A DNA stretch of 15,539 bases, taken from an uncultured Nitrospirales bacterium (GTDB taxonomy: Bacteria > UBA10199 > JADGCS01). The notes beneath the pieces are model-generated. The model saw only the letters and a program-made list of their open reading frames with translations, made no database searches and was not told the DNA's origin. Positions within the stretch are counted from its first letter, which is position 1. Each line of letters begins with the position of its first letter. The stretch covers positions 1-15,539 of the forward strand of contig CAZGMS010000082.1 of the NCBI GenBank assembly GCA_964526915.1, in the 5' to 3' direction. This document shows positions 15,086-15,539 of this stretch, one piece after another. The translations under genes were made by a program, and so were the position numbers.

Positions 15086-15141
15086 CGTGGATCGTGAATC
15101 GTGAATCGCGGATCGTGAATCGTGGATCGTGGATCGTGGGG
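15086..15141. repeat. Heptad-repeat inverted repeat, left arm (8 x CGTGGAT/CGTGAAT) flanking the four-helix-bundle gene
   Basis: CGTGGAT-CGTGAAT-CGTGAAT-CGCGGAT-CGTGAAT-CGTGGAT-CGTGGAT-CGTGGGG, read directly. Confidence 0.75.
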
Positions 15142-15148
15142 AAGTGAG

Positions 15149-15511
15149 ATGAAAATTCAATCGTATAAAGATTTGGAAGTTTGGAAGACAGGGCTCGAGA
15201 TTGTAAAACTTGTTTACAGTGTGACCAAAAAATTCTCAAAGAGTGAGTCGTTTGGCCTGACGTCCCAAACGCAGAGAGCGGCAGTATCAATACCAACAAA
15301 TATTGCCGAAGGATTTGCGCGACGATACACAAAAGAGTTTACTCGATTTTGCTATATCGCGTTGGGTTCATGTTCAGAATTAGAAACTTTGGTGATCATT
15401 GCGAAGGAACAAACACATTTAACGGGAGATGATTTTAAGAAGTTGACAGAATTGTTGGATCACGAAAGTCGAATGTTAATGAGCCTAACCAAAAAACTGG
15501 TTAACCATTGA
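15149..15511 (+). CDS. Four-helix-bundle protein of the 23S rRNA intervening-sequence family (TIGR02436-like)
   Basis: MKIQSYKDLEVWKTGLEIVKLVY...QRAAVSIPTNIAEGFARRYTKEF...ALGSCSELETL matches the conserved pattern of IVS-encoded four-helix-bundle proteins. Confidence 0.8.
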   Translation: MKIQSYKDLEVWKTGLEIVKLVYSVTKKFSKSESFGLTSQTQRAAVSIPTNIAEGFARRYTKEFTRFCYIALGSCSELETLVIIAKEQTHLTGDDFKKLTELLDHESRMLMSLTKKLVNH

Positions 15512-15539
15512 CATCGATCCACGATCCACGATCCACGAT
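15512..15539. repeat. Heptad-repeat inverted repeat, right arm (CATCGAT-CCACGAT x3), truncated by the window end
   Basis: Reverse complement of the left-arm heptads. It begins 1 nt after the stop codon. Confidence 0.7.

Overview
This window has two parts: (i) a minus-strand bacterial microcompartment (BMC, metabolosome) operon of the sugar-phosphate/aldolase type, and (ii) an accessory region riddled with a repeat family I do not recognise. The operon runs from about 6489 down to 1 and continues past the window edge. Its genes, in order, are a BMC-H shell protein, a BMC-P vertex protein, a CoA-acylating aldehyde dehydrogenase carrying an N-terminal encapsulation peptide, a PduS-like RnfC-family Fe-S flavoprotein, a PduT-like Fe-S BMC-T, two more BMC-P paralogs, deoxyribose-phosphate aldolase (DeoC) with an N-terminal encapsulation-peptide extension, and a partial BMC shell protein (probably a EutL/PduB-type BMC-T). 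The repeat family consists of MITE-like elements. Each has terminal inverted repeats built from tandem heptamers (CGTGGAT/CGTGAAT on one end, ATCCACG on the other) around one or two conserved palindromic hairpins (GTCATCCCAGCGAAAGCTGGGATCC and GTCATTCCTGCTTTCGCAGGAATGAC). Copies fill the BMC-H/BMC-P and BMC-P/AldDH intergenic gaps to within a few nucleotides of the coding boundaries. Another copy sits between cydA and cydB and supplies the cydA stop codon. A degenerate copy lies upstream of the operon. The same heptad inverted repeats flank a 23S-IVS-type four-helix-bundle gene at the window end. The same two hairpins bracket a small GIY-YIG nuclease gene that sits next to an excisionase-family HTH gene, so the MITEs look like deletion derivatives of a GIY-YIG-carrying element. 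Other content: an 889-aa protein (disordered N-terminus, metallo-beta-lactamase fold, two cNMP-binding domains) followed by an FmdB-family zinc-ribbon gene with a CAATTG array between them. There is a short-Q-loop cytochrome bd oxidase (cydAB). An AT-rich islet carries a COG1373 AAA+/DUF4143 ATPase with operator-like palindromes. No rRNA, tRNA or CRISPR array was found. All calls rest on reading the translations and the sequence by eye; no database search was possible.
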